DNA of 64,000 nt from Thermoplasmata archaeon (GTDB taxonomy: Archaea > Thermoplasmatota > Thermoplasmata > Thermoplasmatales > GCA-001856825). The stretch lies in contig JAJYUZ010000001.1 in the NCBI GenBank assembly GCA_021792255.1, forward strand, positions 384,001-448,000, given 5' to 3'. The position numbers were made by a program, and so were the translations under genes. Shown here piece by piece: positions 40,505-50,351 of this stretch (its first letter is position 1; every line of letters starts with the position of its first letter). Below the pieces are notes generated by a model. That model ran no database searches. It worked only from the letters and a program-made list of their open reading frames with translations, and was not told the origin of the DNA.

Positions 40505-41611
40505 TCAACTGTTTGTCTTTTGGGCAACCTTCTTTAGGGCCGAAGGAGAGGCAGACTGTTTATTCTTCACTTTCTTTCTTTTTTGCACCCTCTTTGTATC
40601 TATCTCCAGGATAAGTTCTGACATTCTTACGTCTTCAAGCCTCGCCGTCTTACCTCCGACCGAGTAGGTCCTCCCTCTGGAATTGATGAAGAACGTGTGT
40701 CTCAGACCCATCACTATTTCAGCGGCAGGGATTTCTCCCTTTAACACTACCTCTTTATCTCTCAGCATTCCCTTAACCTCTCCCCTGAAACTGTGTTCTA
40801 TTTTGTTGATAGAATTAATCGCTTCACAGGCAAACCACGCGGATGAAAAGACCCATTTCTTCCTTGATTCGAAGTCCGCGACATACTCTCCCGGCAACCA
40901 TATCGTATGGTAATAATAGTAGCTGAGAACGTGAATCATCTCGTCCTCACCGAAGTAGAGTGCGTAATGATTATCGATTCCTATCCCGTCGACGTTAAGA
41001 ACTCCAGTTGATCTATCTACTATCAGGACCTCAGACGCAGATCCAGGACGCCTCCGAATGATCATTTCTGTCCTAAGTGATTCAAGTGATTCATCGTCTG
41101 TATCTGGATAAACCACTAGACCGATCGTAATCCCCCTTCTCGCTGCTTCGATTAGGTATTTTTTTACATATCTGAAAGTGGGGTTAGTCACAGAAATTAA
41201 AATTTCAGTTTTAGCTCCGTTGATCATTGACTTCACGCTTTCATTTATGTATTGTTTCTTGTTCATTAGCCAAAGGGCGGGTATTGCACTCTTCCCGCTC
41301 ACCTTTCGGGCCTTGACGAAATCAGAGATCTCTTTCTTGAAGACCTGTAGGCTTTCTATGTTTCGGTCCAAGACTGTTTCAACAGGAAGGGCTCTGTAAG
41401 TCCGTTTTTGAGCCATGCTTCCCTCTATGTAACCTTTGTCTGTTAGTGTCTGGAACACGTCATATACCCTAGGTTGAGGAACCCCAGAAATCTTGGCTGC
41501 TTCTGTCGAAGTGAGCGGACCATTGATGACCAGACTTCTATATATTTTGATTTCGTACTGTGAGAGGCCAAGTTTTTCTAAACCGGCAAAAATTTCCTCT
41601 TCCTGCGGCAT
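40505..41611 (-). CDS. trmB: TrmB-family sugar-sensing transcriptional regulator
   Basis: LGLSQYE...SGVPQPRVYDV HTH and C-terminal SVGG..A..ED sugar-binding motif; likely start is ATG 41611 (the longer ORF overlaps malK). Confidence 0.9.
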   Translation of the reverse strand: MPQEEEIFAGLEKLGLSQYEIKIYRSLVINGPLTSTEAAKISGVPQPRVYDVFQTLTDKGYIEGSMAQKRTYRALPVETVLDRNIESLQVFKKEISDFVKARKVSGKSAIPALWLMNKKQYINESVKSMINGAKTEILISVTNPTFRYVKKYLIEAARRGITIGLVVYPDTDDESLESLRTEMIIRRRPGSASEVLIVDRSTGVLNVDGIGIDNHYALYFGEDEMIHVLSYYYYHTIWLPGEYVADFESRKKWVFSSAWFACEAINSINKIEHSFRGEVKGMLRDKEVVLKGEIPAAEIVMGLRHTFFINSRGRTYSVGGKTARLEDVRMSELILEIDTKRVQKRKKVKNKQSASPSALKKVAQKTNS

Positions 41612-41787
41612 GAATTTATCCTCATTTGCCGAAGAATATCCTACCTCATCAATATTCCCCTCCCTTTCCCAAAATAATGTTTTTTTACCCGGAGATATAG
41701 TATGGTAAATCGATTTGATACTTTTGGCAGTAGTAGAGTTGTAGAAGGTCTGCAAAGTATAATATCTGTCAAATCTATACTTGGTGT

Positions 41788-42996
41788 ATGCCGGCGCTGT
41801 CCATACAGAACGTTCGGAAAAAGTTTGGCAATAAGGTAACTGCTCTGGACGATGTTTCTCTTGATGTCGATTCGGGGGAGTTCTTTGTTCTTCTTGGGCC
41901 GTCAGGAAGCGGGAAGACAACACTGATAAGATGTGTTGCTGGACTTGAAACGGTTGATTCTGGAAAGATAATCATCGGTGATAGGGTTGTTACTGATTTT
42001 CCCCCCGGTGAAAGAAATGTTGCGATGGTCTTTCAGAATTATGCTCTCTACCCATTCCTTTCTGTTTATGATAATCTCTCTTTCCCCCTCCGAGCACGGG
42101 GACGACTTTCAAAGCTGCTGAAGGCCCAGTCCTCAGTGGGAACAGCGCAGAGTACGAGCAAACTGAGTTCCATGCTCGGATATGGTCCTGTCAACCGCCA
42201 GACGTTGAAGAAGGATATAGACGATAGAGTCCACACCGTTGCAAAGATGCTGCAGATAAACGATCTTCTAGACAGGAAACCTGGTGAAATCTCAGGTGGA
42301 CAACGTCAGAGGGTAGCTCTTGGGAGAGCACTAATACGTGACGCAAGCGTCTATTTGATGGATGAGCCTCTGAGCAATCTTGATGCCAAACTAAGATCTT
42401 CGACGCGTGTCGAACTAAAGAATCTGCAAAAAACATTGGGGATAACAATTGTGTATGTAACTCACGATCAGATCGAAGCTATGACGATGGGTGATCGCAT
42501 CGGAGTGATAAACAAAGGCAAGCTCATTCAGATGGGCGAACCTCACGACGTTTACAATCTTCCGGAAGACCTATTCGTTGCCAGCTTCCTAGGAGATCCA
42601 CCAATCAACATTATAGAAGCAAAAGTGTCACAAGATGATGCGTCCTCAATAGAATTTGGAGGGTACAAGTTGACCATCCCCGGTAAACCCTCTTTCACAT
42701 CCTTTAGAGGAAGTAAACTGAAGATGGGAGTAAGACCAGAAGATGTCTTAATATCGGACGTAGGCGCAAGTGCAGTGGTAAGACTTGTCAGATCAATAGG
42801 GCGCACAAACTACGTGTCCATGGCACTCACTGAAACGCAGGAATCCGTCACCAAGGTGACCACTGAGGAAGTAAATCTGAAGGACGGCCAGACAGTGAAA
42901 GTGCTTCCTAACATTTCCGCTCTTGATATATTCGAAAGTGAAACGCAGAAGCTCGTCTGGTCAAGCAAGAAAAAAAGTCATTCTGCCAGGAACTAA
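41788..42996 (+). CDS. malK: Sugar ABC transporter ATPase (MalK-like)
   Basis: GPSGSGKT, VFQNYALYP, ISGGQRQR, DEPLSNLD, VTHDQ, C-terminal GVRPED. Confidence 0.92.
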   Translation: MPALSIQNVRKKFGNKVTALDDVSLDVDSGEFFVLLGPSGSGKTTLIRCVAGLETVDSGKIIIGDRVVTDFPPGERNVAMVFQNYALYPFLSVYDNLSFPLRARGRLSKLLKAQSSVGTAQSTSKLSSMLGYGPVNRQTLKKDIDDRVHTVAKMLQINDLLDRKPGEISGGQRQRVALGRALIRDASVYLMDEPLSNLDAKLRSSTRVELKNLQKTLGITIVYVTHDQIEAMTMGDRIGVINKGKLIQMGEPHDVYNLPEDLFVASFLGDPPINIIEAKVSQDDASSIEFGGYKLTIPGKPSFTSFRGSKLKMGVRPEDVLISDVGASAVVRLVRSIGRTNYVSMALTETQESVTKVTTEEVNLKDGQTVKVLPNISALDIFESETQKLVWSSKKKSHSARN

Positions 42997-43022
42997 AGTC
43001 CCATAACGGTTGGCTTGAACTC

Positions 43023-43949
43023 TCACTTGTACATCGTTATTGAGAATCCTGCAATGAGATATTTCTGGAATACCAGGAATATTATGAATATTGGCAGTCC
43101 CATTATAACAGCGAAAGCAGAAAACATGCCGTAATTTATGGCGTGCGAAGATATCTGGGTCGTAGCGTACATACCCAGAGCCAGATTCCAAAGACTATTT
43201 TTTGTCACCATGATGTTGATGTAAGCATAATCGGTATACGGCCCCAAAAAGGATAGCAAGAGTGCCAATATTAGCACAGGTTTTGTCATGGGTATCAATA
43301 TTCTGAACAACGCCTGCGTCCTCGAATAACCGTCGATTTGAGCGGCTTCCTCGAAATCCTTTGGAATCGAGTCTATGTAGTTCTTGCTAAGCCAAGCAGC
43401 AAATATGACTGCACCTGCCGAGTAAGTGATTATCAGACCCCAATATGTATTCGTGAGGTGTAAGGACGAAAACATGTCGTAGTAAGGTATTATCATTATG
43501 ACGAAGGGGAATGTGGACAGAATCAGAAGCATGTAGAGTATTGCCTTCTTTCCAGGTATGTTAAAACGCGCTAGTCCAATCCCTGATGTTATCGATAGGA
43601 CCAATCCCAGTACAGTTGCCGTTCCGGCATAAATAAGGGTATTCGGGAACCAGAATCGTAAGAGGGAGTCGTTCTGGTATGCAAAGAGTGCAAAGTAATT
43701 GTCGAATGACAGCTTCGTGATAGTTGGAAGCATGGAAGTAACAGAAACTGAAGCAAGAGATGCTAATGGACTTAGAGAATTGACCACGATGTAGTATATT
43801 GGAAAGACTGCGAAAACTCCCACCAAGATTAGAACGATGTGTGTCAATACCCGCTTTGTCTTCCTAATCCTTCTGTAATAATTATTCCTGGCTTCACTAA
43901 CCGATTTCTGTTGTATTTCATTTCCGGGGGTATTTTCGTTATTTATCAT
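43023..43949 (-). CDS. Maltodextrin ABC permease (MalG-like)
   Basis: IPKDFEEAAQIDG EAA loop; six TMs. Confidence 0.9.
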   Translation of the reverse strand: MINNENTPGNEIQQKSVSEARNNYYRRIRKTKRVLTHIVLILVGVFAVFPIYYIVVNSLSPLASLASVSVTSMLPTITKLSFDNYFALFAYQNDSLLRFWFPNTLIYAGTATVLGLVLSITSGIGLARFNIPGKKAILYMLLILSTFPFVIMIIPYYDMFSSLHLTNTYWGLIITYSAGAVIFAAWLSKNYIDSIPKDFEEAAQIDGYSRTQALFRILIPMTKPVLILALLLSFLGPYTDYAYINIMVTKNSLWNLALGMYATTQISSHAINYGMFSAFAVIMGLPIFIIFLVFQKYLIAGFSITMYK

Positions 43950-43957
43950 ATTTCACC

Positions 43958-44872
43958 TCAGTAGAGCACGCTCATCATCTTCGTGTACTTGTTAATGACA
44001 ATGACAAACACGAGTAGAAAGAGAACGCTTACAATTGCATACGCGGATGCTACTCCAAACTGCAGCAGGGATTGCTGTTCGTAGTACGTGTAAGTCACCA
44101 ATATGTAAGTTGATGTTCCTGGCCCTCCATTAGTAAGTAGATATGGAATGTAGAAGTTGTTCCAAGTAAAAATGAAACCAAACACCGTTATGAACGCGAT
44201 CTGCCTCTTCAAAAGGGGGAGAGTTATTCTCCCGAGCACACCAAACGTTCCATATCCATCCATTCTTGCGGCATCGTAAAGCTCATTCGGAACGCTCTGG
44301 AGGGAGGCAGTGTAGACGATCGTGTAGTAAGGAAAGGACAGCCAGAGATTCACCATTATCATGGAAAACATGGCAAGTGCTGGAGAACCAAGCCAGAATA
44401 TCTTGTGTATGCCAAAGAGAGCGAGGAATTTGTTCACGAATCCCAATTGGTAATCCAGTAGTCCCCTCCACACGAGAATCGTTATGAATGCTGGATAGGC
44501 CCAGGGAACCAGATACGCTGTCCGGTAAATTTTGCGGCCCCTAAGGCCCGGTTGATTCATCAGTAGCGCGAGAATGAATCCCATAGACGCCATGAGCACT
44601 ATGCTCCCACCACTCCAGACAGCCGTCTGTCCGAGTATCTTTAGGAGCGTCCCCGAGGATATAATGACGACATAATTACGCAAACCAACTATCTGATAAT
44701 AAAAGAGGTGCGCGATGCTCCGATTTGTAAGTGAAGAGAAAATACCAATACCTAAAGGATAGAAGTCTAGAAACCAGAGAACGGCAAGCACAGGTAGAAT
44801 GTAAATTATTCCTTTCCACTCGTATCTCTTTTTAATCGAGTTCGAATTTCCTGCCGACCTAAACATACTCAT
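43958..44872 (-). CDS. Maltodextrin ABC permease (MalF-like)
   Basis: GLRNY, PWAYP, ELYDAARMDG EAA loop, LTNGGP. Confidence 0.9.
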   Translation of the reverse strand: MSMFRSAGNSNSIKKRYEWKGIIYILPVLAVLWFLDFYPLGIGIFSSLTNRSIAHLFYYQIVGLRNYVVIISSGTLLKILGQTAVWSGGSIVLMASMGFILALLMNQPGLRGRKIYRTAYLVPWAYPAFITILVWRGLLDYQLGFVNKFLALFGIHKIFWLGSPALAMFSMIMVNLWLSFPYYTIVYTASLQSVPNELYDAARMDGYGTFGVLGRITLPLLKRQIAFITVFGFIFTWNNFYIPYLLTNGGPGTSTYILVTYTYYEQQSLLQFGVASAYAIVSVLFLLVFVIVINKYTKMMSVLY

Positions 44873-44878
44873 CCTCAG

Positions 44879-44905
44879 AATAAAAAATAAATTAAGAAAA
44901 AATAA
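44879..44905 (-). terminator. U-rich archaeal terminator candidate between the binding-protein and permease genes
   Basis: A-rich run on + (T-rich on -) shortly downstream of the binding-protein stop. Confidence 0.4.
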
Positions 44906-44941
44906 GGAATTTACTCTGGCAACATAGAGTGATTCACTTAT

Positions 44942-46351
44942 CTATATTCTGTTGGTCACTCCAGCTTGTAATATAAGGGTAAAGACTTGCGCTGTTGAAT
45001 TCTCTAGAACCATCGTTAGAGGCACTCCATTAGTTTGCAAGCCAGAAATTATTGCTGCTTCAATCTGATTCATCGTGGAAGCTGGTGTTATTGCAGAGTT
45101 GCCCGTAGCATTCTGTTCAAGATTTGATGCGCCCTGCCCAAAGGGAGTCCAGTAATATGCCATCTGCGGGATGTTGGGGAATTTCTGTGTGTGACTCTCC
45201 TGCGCCACCCATCCAGCTACCAGTGGATCCGATCCGGGGTTTGCACTGATGTAAGTTCCCACTGACTTAAGAGCTGGTAGGTCGCCCGCTTGGGTATAAA
45301 GATTTAGCTGAGCAGTGTAGTTCGTCATTTCTTCAACAAATTGGACAGAAGCCCATATCTGAGCTGCGGTTGCCCCACTTGCCTTGTTGTTCGCTACTAG
45401 GTATCCGATTGATCCCCAGAGAGGTTGTGGCCAAAATCCAGTCGCATTGTTGAACGGCATCGGAGCTACTCCTAGGTTATTGCCAAGCGCTTTCAGGTAA
45501 GTAGATTGATCCCAAGGCCCGTCAAACATGAATGCGGAGTGGTTAGACTCAAAGTATGCCTGCTCATCGCTCATTCCGCTCAGTCCCGGCTGGTCTATAT
45601 GATACTTAACTGTCCAGTTCCAGACATAGCTCATCGCGGCTACGTCCGGAGTGCTGTTCAGCATTGGGTAGCCCGTAGAATTAAATATCTCGCCTCCAAA
45701 TGCAGGATACCAAGCTGCGAATCTGTATCCTGAAGTTGCTCCTATGTCATATGGTAATCCAAGATATGATGAACCCATGTTCGTCACGTTGACCGCGTCC
45801 TGAACCATCTGATACAGAGTGGACGGTGGTTGCCCATTGGGTAGCAAAGCCTTGTTGTAATACATTGCAATTCCATTTGTATTTACTGGCAGACCATAGA
45901 TTGCTCCATTAAGTGTCCAATCGCTTATAGTACCTGAGGTGTAGTTGGAAAACACGCTTGAAGGCAAATACTGACTTAGATTTACCAGGAGACCTCCACT
46001 GTAGAGGCTCCCACCATTATCGCTTGAATCCCTGTAGACATTAGGTGCCGTACCAGAAGTAGCATCGGTAACAAAATTTGTTGACCCGACTGAAACCCCA
46101 TAAGTTATATCGACGGTAACATTAGAATGTGCTGCTTCGAAAAGTGCCAAAGACTGATTGAATGCTGCTGATTCACCACCAGATGCACTTGTATCCCAGA
46201 TTGTAATAGTCACCTTTGCAGCGGGTGGTGTGCTTTTGTGAGGCAGTGAAACCGCAACAGCGACGGCAGCAATTATCACCACAACAACTATTGCCACAAT
46301 TAAAACGTTCCTCCGGCTTTTGGGAGGACTACCACTATCAGTAGTACTCAT
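44942..46351 (-). CDS. Maltodextrin ABC substrate-binding protein, N-terminally membrane-anchored
   Basis: N-terminal TM, GAIYGLP, MYYNK, DGPW, PNIPQMAYYW MalE-like motifs; many N-x-S/T sequons. Confidence 0.88.
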   Translation of the reverse strand: MSTTDSGSPPKSRRNVLIVAIVVVVIIAAVAVAVSLPHKSTPPAAKVTITIWDTSASGGESAAFNQSLALFEAAHSNVTVDITYGVSVGSTNFVTDATSGTAPNVYRDSSDNGGSLYSGGLLVNLSQYLPSSVFSNYTSGTISDWTLNGAIYGLPVNTNGIAMYYNKALLPNGQPPSTLYQMVQDAVNVTNMGSSYLGLPYDIGATSGYRFAAWYPAFGGEIFNSTGYPMLNSTPDVAAMSYVWNWTVKYHIDQPGLSGMSDEQAYFESNHSAFMFDGPWDQSTYLKALGNNLGVAPMPFNNATGFWPQPLWGSIGYLVANNKASGATAAQIWASVQFVEEMTNYTAQLNLYTQAGDLPALKSVGTYISANPGSDPLVAGWVAQESHTQKFPNIPQMAYYWTPFGQGASNLEQNATGNSAITPASTMNQIEAAIISGLQTNGVPLTMVLENSTAQVFTLILQAGVTNRI

Positions 46352-46439
46352 AGGATAATATATGAAACTCCTTACCTTAAATGTTTGCTTTGGGCTACTG
46401 GACCAAACTAATATAGCCCAACGGGGTTCATTACATTAC

Positions 46440-48314
46440 ATGCCACAAATTGTGAGCTCTGATGGATTCTTTAGTAAAGTTAGATTCCAAATGAGCAAAT
46501 TTGATGGAATCAAAACTGCATATCTATCCGGTGACTTAAACTGCTGGGGAGAGGGAAGCATTGTTCTCAGTGGCGAGGATTCGTTGTCGGTAGATGTAAC
46601 TCTCCCACCTGGACATTATAATTACACAATACTCATCAACCAGTACCAACGTTATCTAGAAAGTGGTAGACCGAGCAAAAAAAGATCGAGCATAGAGTTA
46701 GGTCTAGGGAAGGTGTATCATAACCCTGATCTGTCACAATTCTCCTGCATCTCTCAGGGGCTGATGGAACTGAGAGTAGCCGTTCCAAAAGCGACCAAGA
46801 AGATCGAACTTTTGTGTAAGGGAAACACGATCAAAGAAAAGAGGGTGAAACTTGACAAATATGATCTGGGAGTTTTCTTTGTTAACAATCCAGGTGATTA
46901 CGCTTTTGTGGTAGACGACAAAAGATACCCGGCACAAGGGAATTTTTCCCCGAAGAATGAAACTCGAAAATTGTACGATTCCAGTGGAATAATTTATCAC
47001 ATCTTTCCGGACAGATTCAATAGATCGGAACAGAGCGATGGCAGAGTGTTCGAGAAATGGGGGGCGGCACCCAAGTACAACAATTTCTTTGGCGGGAACA
47101 TTAAGGGCATAACCGAGAAACTGGGATACCTGCAGTCTATAGGAGCCGAGTTTCTTTACATAAATCCAATTTTCAAGGCCAATTCTAATCACAGATACGA
47201 TGTCTCAGATTACTATGAAGTAGACCCTATTTTGGGGGATATGCAATCATTAAAGGAATTGGTTCAAGAGGCCCACAGGAAAGGTATGAAGATAATTCTT
47301 GATATGGTCTTTAACCACTCATCCACAACATTCGCGCCTTTTCTAGATGTCATTAAAAATGGAACAAATTCGAAGTTCTTCGATTGGTACTTGTTCCACT
47401 CAAACGACTTTAGAGTTTACAGAGGGAGATACAAACCCACCGATAAAAATAATGAACCTTCTTACGAGACATTTATGGGTCATGGCCTCTTGCCGAAGCT
47501 GAATCATTTGAACAAGGAAGTCAGGAACTATTTTAGAGGAGTGATCCGGTACTATGCAGAAGAGATTCGAGTTGATGGATTTAGATTCGATGTTGCCCAT
47601 TCCATGTTCCTCGATTTCTTCCGAGAGCTGAATGAAGATTTTGATCGGAGGAAGGAAAGGAAGATTACGATAGGAGAAGCTTGGTGCCTGTCTCCACTAT
47701 TCTTTAGAGAGAAATATTGGAACAGCGTGACCAACTATTACCTCAGAGACGCAATAATATCCTACGTAAACGGTTCAATAGATATTTCTGAATTCGATAC
47801 AAGGCTTGAAAAATATATTATCACCACTGGAAGGACGGAAATAGAGGGAGTGATGAACATTCTCGATTCTCACGACACGATAAGGATATTAAACAAATTC
47901 AAAGGGAGTTTGAACAGAGTAAAACTAGCATTCGCAATACTCTATTTGCTAAATGGATTGCCTACTATATATTATGGCGACGAAGTCGGCCTCCATGGAG
48001 GGAGAGATCCGGACGATAGAAGATGTTTTCCGTGGGAAAAAATAGACAGTGAACTGCTTGTCTTTTTCAAAAATCTGGCCGATTTTAGAATGAGGCACGA
48101 CATTGGATATGGGGGGGCTATTTCTTGTCTCTCGAATTCATCGTGGGACGCCCTCATTCGCTATAGAAAGAAGGATCAGATCAGACTCTACGTGCCAAAG
48201 AAACTGACTAAACTCCCTGAAAATACAAAGGATTCGCTTGTCGTCAAGCGATATAACACAGCTAGTAACTACGTGAGCGCGGGTGACTTTTTCTTTACAA
48301 TAACTTCTCGCTGA
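46440..48314 (+). CDS. GH13 neopullulanase/cyclomaltodextrinase with N-terminal CBM48-like domain
   Basis: IFPDRF, NHRYD, DMVFNH, GFRFDVA, IGEAW, DSHD, IYYGDE; start 46440 preferred over 46362. Confidence 0.9.
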   Translation: MPQIVSSDGFFSKVRFQMSKFDGIKTAYLSGDLNCWGEGSIVLSGEDSLSVDVTLPPGHYNYTILINQYQRYLESGRPSKKRSSIELGLGKVYHNPDLSQFSCISQGLMELRVAVPKATKKIELLCKGNTIKEKRVKLDKYDLGVFFVNNPGDYAFVVDDKRYPAQGNFSPKNETRKLYDSSGIIYHIFPDRFNRSEQSDGRVFEKWGAAPKYNNFFGGNIKGITEKLGYLQSIGAEFLYINPIFKANSNHRYDVSDYYEVDPILGDMQSLKELVQEAHRKGMKIILDMVFNHSSTTFAPFLDVIKNGTNSKFFDWYLFHSNDFRVYRGRYKPTDKNNEPSYETFMGHGLLPKLNHLNKEVRNYFRGVIRYYAEEIRVDGFRFDVAHSMFLDFFRELNEDFDRRKERKITIGEAWCLSPLFFREKYWNSVTNYYLRDAIISYVNGSIDISEFDTRLEKYIITTGRTEIEGVMNILDSHDTIRILNKFKGSLNRVKLAFAILYLLNGLPTIYYGDEVGLHGGRDPDDRRCFPWEKIDSELLVFFKNLADFRMRHDIGYGGAISCLSNSSWDALIRYRKKDQIRLYVPKKLTKLPENTKDSLVVKRYNTASNYVSAGDFFFTITSR

Positions 48315-48357
48315 GAAATTTCAGTATTATTTCTCTGAAGACTGATATTGCTGAGCT

Positions 48358-49044
48358 TTATTCCTTGAGTTTAAACCTGCCGATTTTTTCCATGATCTCA
48401 AGCAATTCCTTAGAGTACGGAGATGAATCGAATAGATCCGTTTCTGTCACTCGAGAGTAATGACCATTTGCGTGGATGATCCTTCCTTTCCCCTGGTGGA
48501 AAGCAACGTGACCCTCGAAAAATACCAAATCCCCAGGAAGTGCGGACTCGAAGTCTGGTACAGTTTCTGATGCCTTACTTTGCTGATCAGAATTTCTGGG
48601 AATCTCCGTCCCAGAAAAACGAAAGAGTCTTTGAGTATATCCGGAACAGTCAAATCCGAAATCGGATGTCCCTCCCCAAAGGTAAGGGATACCGACGAAC
48701 CTCCTTGTCAAATTGACTGGGATGAAGGTTTCCTCGATCGGGCGGAGATATCTCTTAGGTAACTTGAAAACGCTGACGTCACGCTTGCTCACATACGATC
48801 CAAAGGGAAAAGACAACTTTTCACTTCGAACTTGATGTGACAATTTATAGTGTCTTTCACTCCATTCTCCTAAGAGAGCAGTTTTCACGTATCCTATCAC
48901 TCCATCTACGCTCTTCACCTTAGAAAAAGTTCCCAAGTTCTCTAGTAATTCGACAGACTCTCCGAAGATTACCTGTGAATCTCTTTCAGATTCCGTGGAA
49001 GGTTTAGTCCAGATATCTGCAACACTGGTAACGATCATCTGCAT
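48358..49044 (-). CDS. SH3b + NlpC/P60 (C40) peptidase, YkfC/dipeptidyl-peptidase VI-like, cytoplasmic
   Basis: PYLWGG..FGFDCSG, PGDLVFF.GHV, IIHA (Cys-His-His); N-terminal SH3b-like SQVIFGESV; no signal peptide. Confidence 0.88.
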   Translation of the reverse strand: MQMIVTSVADIWTKPSTESERDSQVIFGESVELLENLGTFSKVKSVDGVIGYVKTALLGEWSERHYKLSHQVRSEKLSFPFGSYVSKRDVSVFKLPKRYLRPIEETFIPVNLTRRFVGIPYLWGGTSDFGFDCSGYTQRLFRFSGTEIPRNSDQQSKASETVPDFESALPGDLVFFEGHVAFHQGKGRIIHANGHYSRVTETDLFDSSPYSKELLEIMEKIGRFKLKE

Positions 49045-49100
49045 TAGATTTCGAATGAGTGCAGTTAGAAAAATGTTTTGCCAAAATTCCTTTCTAGGCG

Positions 49101-50351
49101 TTAATTCTCGTTCAGAAGACTGGTCAATAAATTTGGAAGTTCTATTACTTCCTCGCTCTTGTTCAAGTTTGCAAAACAGATCGGACAGGCGGTAACTATC
49201 TTTTGCGCATTCACGCTCTTCAGTTGTAGAAACCGATTTTGGGACACCTTCTCTGCTATCTCTCCATAGAGCAATTCGTCCGGACCACCACAGCAGGAAG
49301 TGTTTTCACCGCTCATCTTTGGAAGTTCTAGATTCGTAAGATTTGACAGAAGTCTTGAAGGAGAATTGTTGATCTTTCCTCCTCTGGTCAGCAAGCACGG
49401 CTCGTGGAGTGTCGTCGAAGCATCAGACTTTTTGAATTTCTTAGTGTCCAGAATGTCTAAGTAGTATAGAACTTCTAAATCGAAGCCCCTTACATATTTT
49501 GGATACTTTGAAGTCAGGAGGTCGTAGGTGTGGGGATCTGCGACAATCAATCTTTCTATTCCTTTTGCCTTTAGCAGCGAATAAACTCTGTTTGCATATT
49601 CTGAGAACTCTTTCTCGTACCCAAGATCGTACAAGAATGTTCCTGGATAAGGTTCATCCTTTCCGAGATAAGAAAACGATATTCCTGAACTTTCTAGCAG
49701 GGTGACAATGTTCCTGAGTTCAGTTTCCATATATGATTTCATTTTCTTATCTAAGCTCAGCCCTGCGACTTTTATAAGCGATGGATGCTTGGAAATGAAT
49801 CCGGCGAACCGTTGGGAGAGTTTCTTTCCTAACAATTTTTTCATCCTTCCAAGCGACGTGCTATATGGCATTAACTGGAACATATTCCCGGTGTAAAATA
49901 AAGTCCTAGAGCCATCTTCAAAATGCAGATCTTGGGCCCACTTAGAGCACTTCTCTCTGACGCCCAAGGGATTCATGTACTTCATCGTCACACTTACAAT
50001 CATCTTGGCAATCTGTTGCTCGTTCTGTTCATTAAAATAATCTAGGTTCGCAATGACCGTCCTCGACAATTCACTGACTCTACCTGCATTGACTCCAGCA
50101 GGGCACACTTGGAGACACGCATTACAGCTTAGGCAACTGTAAAATGAATCAGAGAATCTCAGCTCGATTTTCCCCTTTTCAGAAATTTCCCTGAGAAGAT
50201 AATTTCCTAAATCGACCCTTCCTCTAGCTCCGTATATTGAATTAAATCCCACGGCTGGAAAAGTTGGACAAACCGACTCACAAAAACCGCAGTTTATGCA
50301 CTTACCTGCTTCATCAGATATCAGCTGAAGTATCGGATCCTCAAACGTCAA
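49101..50351 (-). CDS. GlcF-like Fe-S subunit of a 2-hydroxyacid dehydrogenase
   Basis: CINCGFCESVCP, CLSCNACLQVCP, HEPC, CCG, TACPIC; overlaps the GlcD-like gene. Confidence 0.85.
   Translation of the reverse strand: MTFEDPILQLISDEAGKCINCGFCESVCPTFPAVGFNSIYGARGRVDLGNYLLREISEKGKIELRFSDSFYSCLSCNACLQVCPAGVNAGRVSELSRTVIANLDYFNEQNEQQIAKMIVSVTMKYMNPLGVREKCSKWAQDLHFEDGSRTLFYTGNMFQLMPYSTSLGRMKKLLGKKLSQRFAGFISKHPSLIKVAGLSLDKKMKSYMETELRNIVTLLESSGISFSYLGKDEPYPGTFLYDLGYEKEFSEYANRVYSLLKAKGIERLIVADPHTYDLLTSKYPKYVRGFDLEVLYYLDILDTKKFKKSDASTTLHEPCLLTRGGKINNSPSRLLSNLTNLELPKMSGENTSCCGGPDELLYGEIAEKVSQNRFLQLKSVNAQKIVTACPICFANLNKSEEVIELPNLLTSLLNEN

Noticed and set aside
41612-41923. 104-aa N-terminal extension of TrmB in the ORF track
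   Set aside because: Overlaps malK and the shared promoter region; TrmB-like sequence starts at ATG 41611
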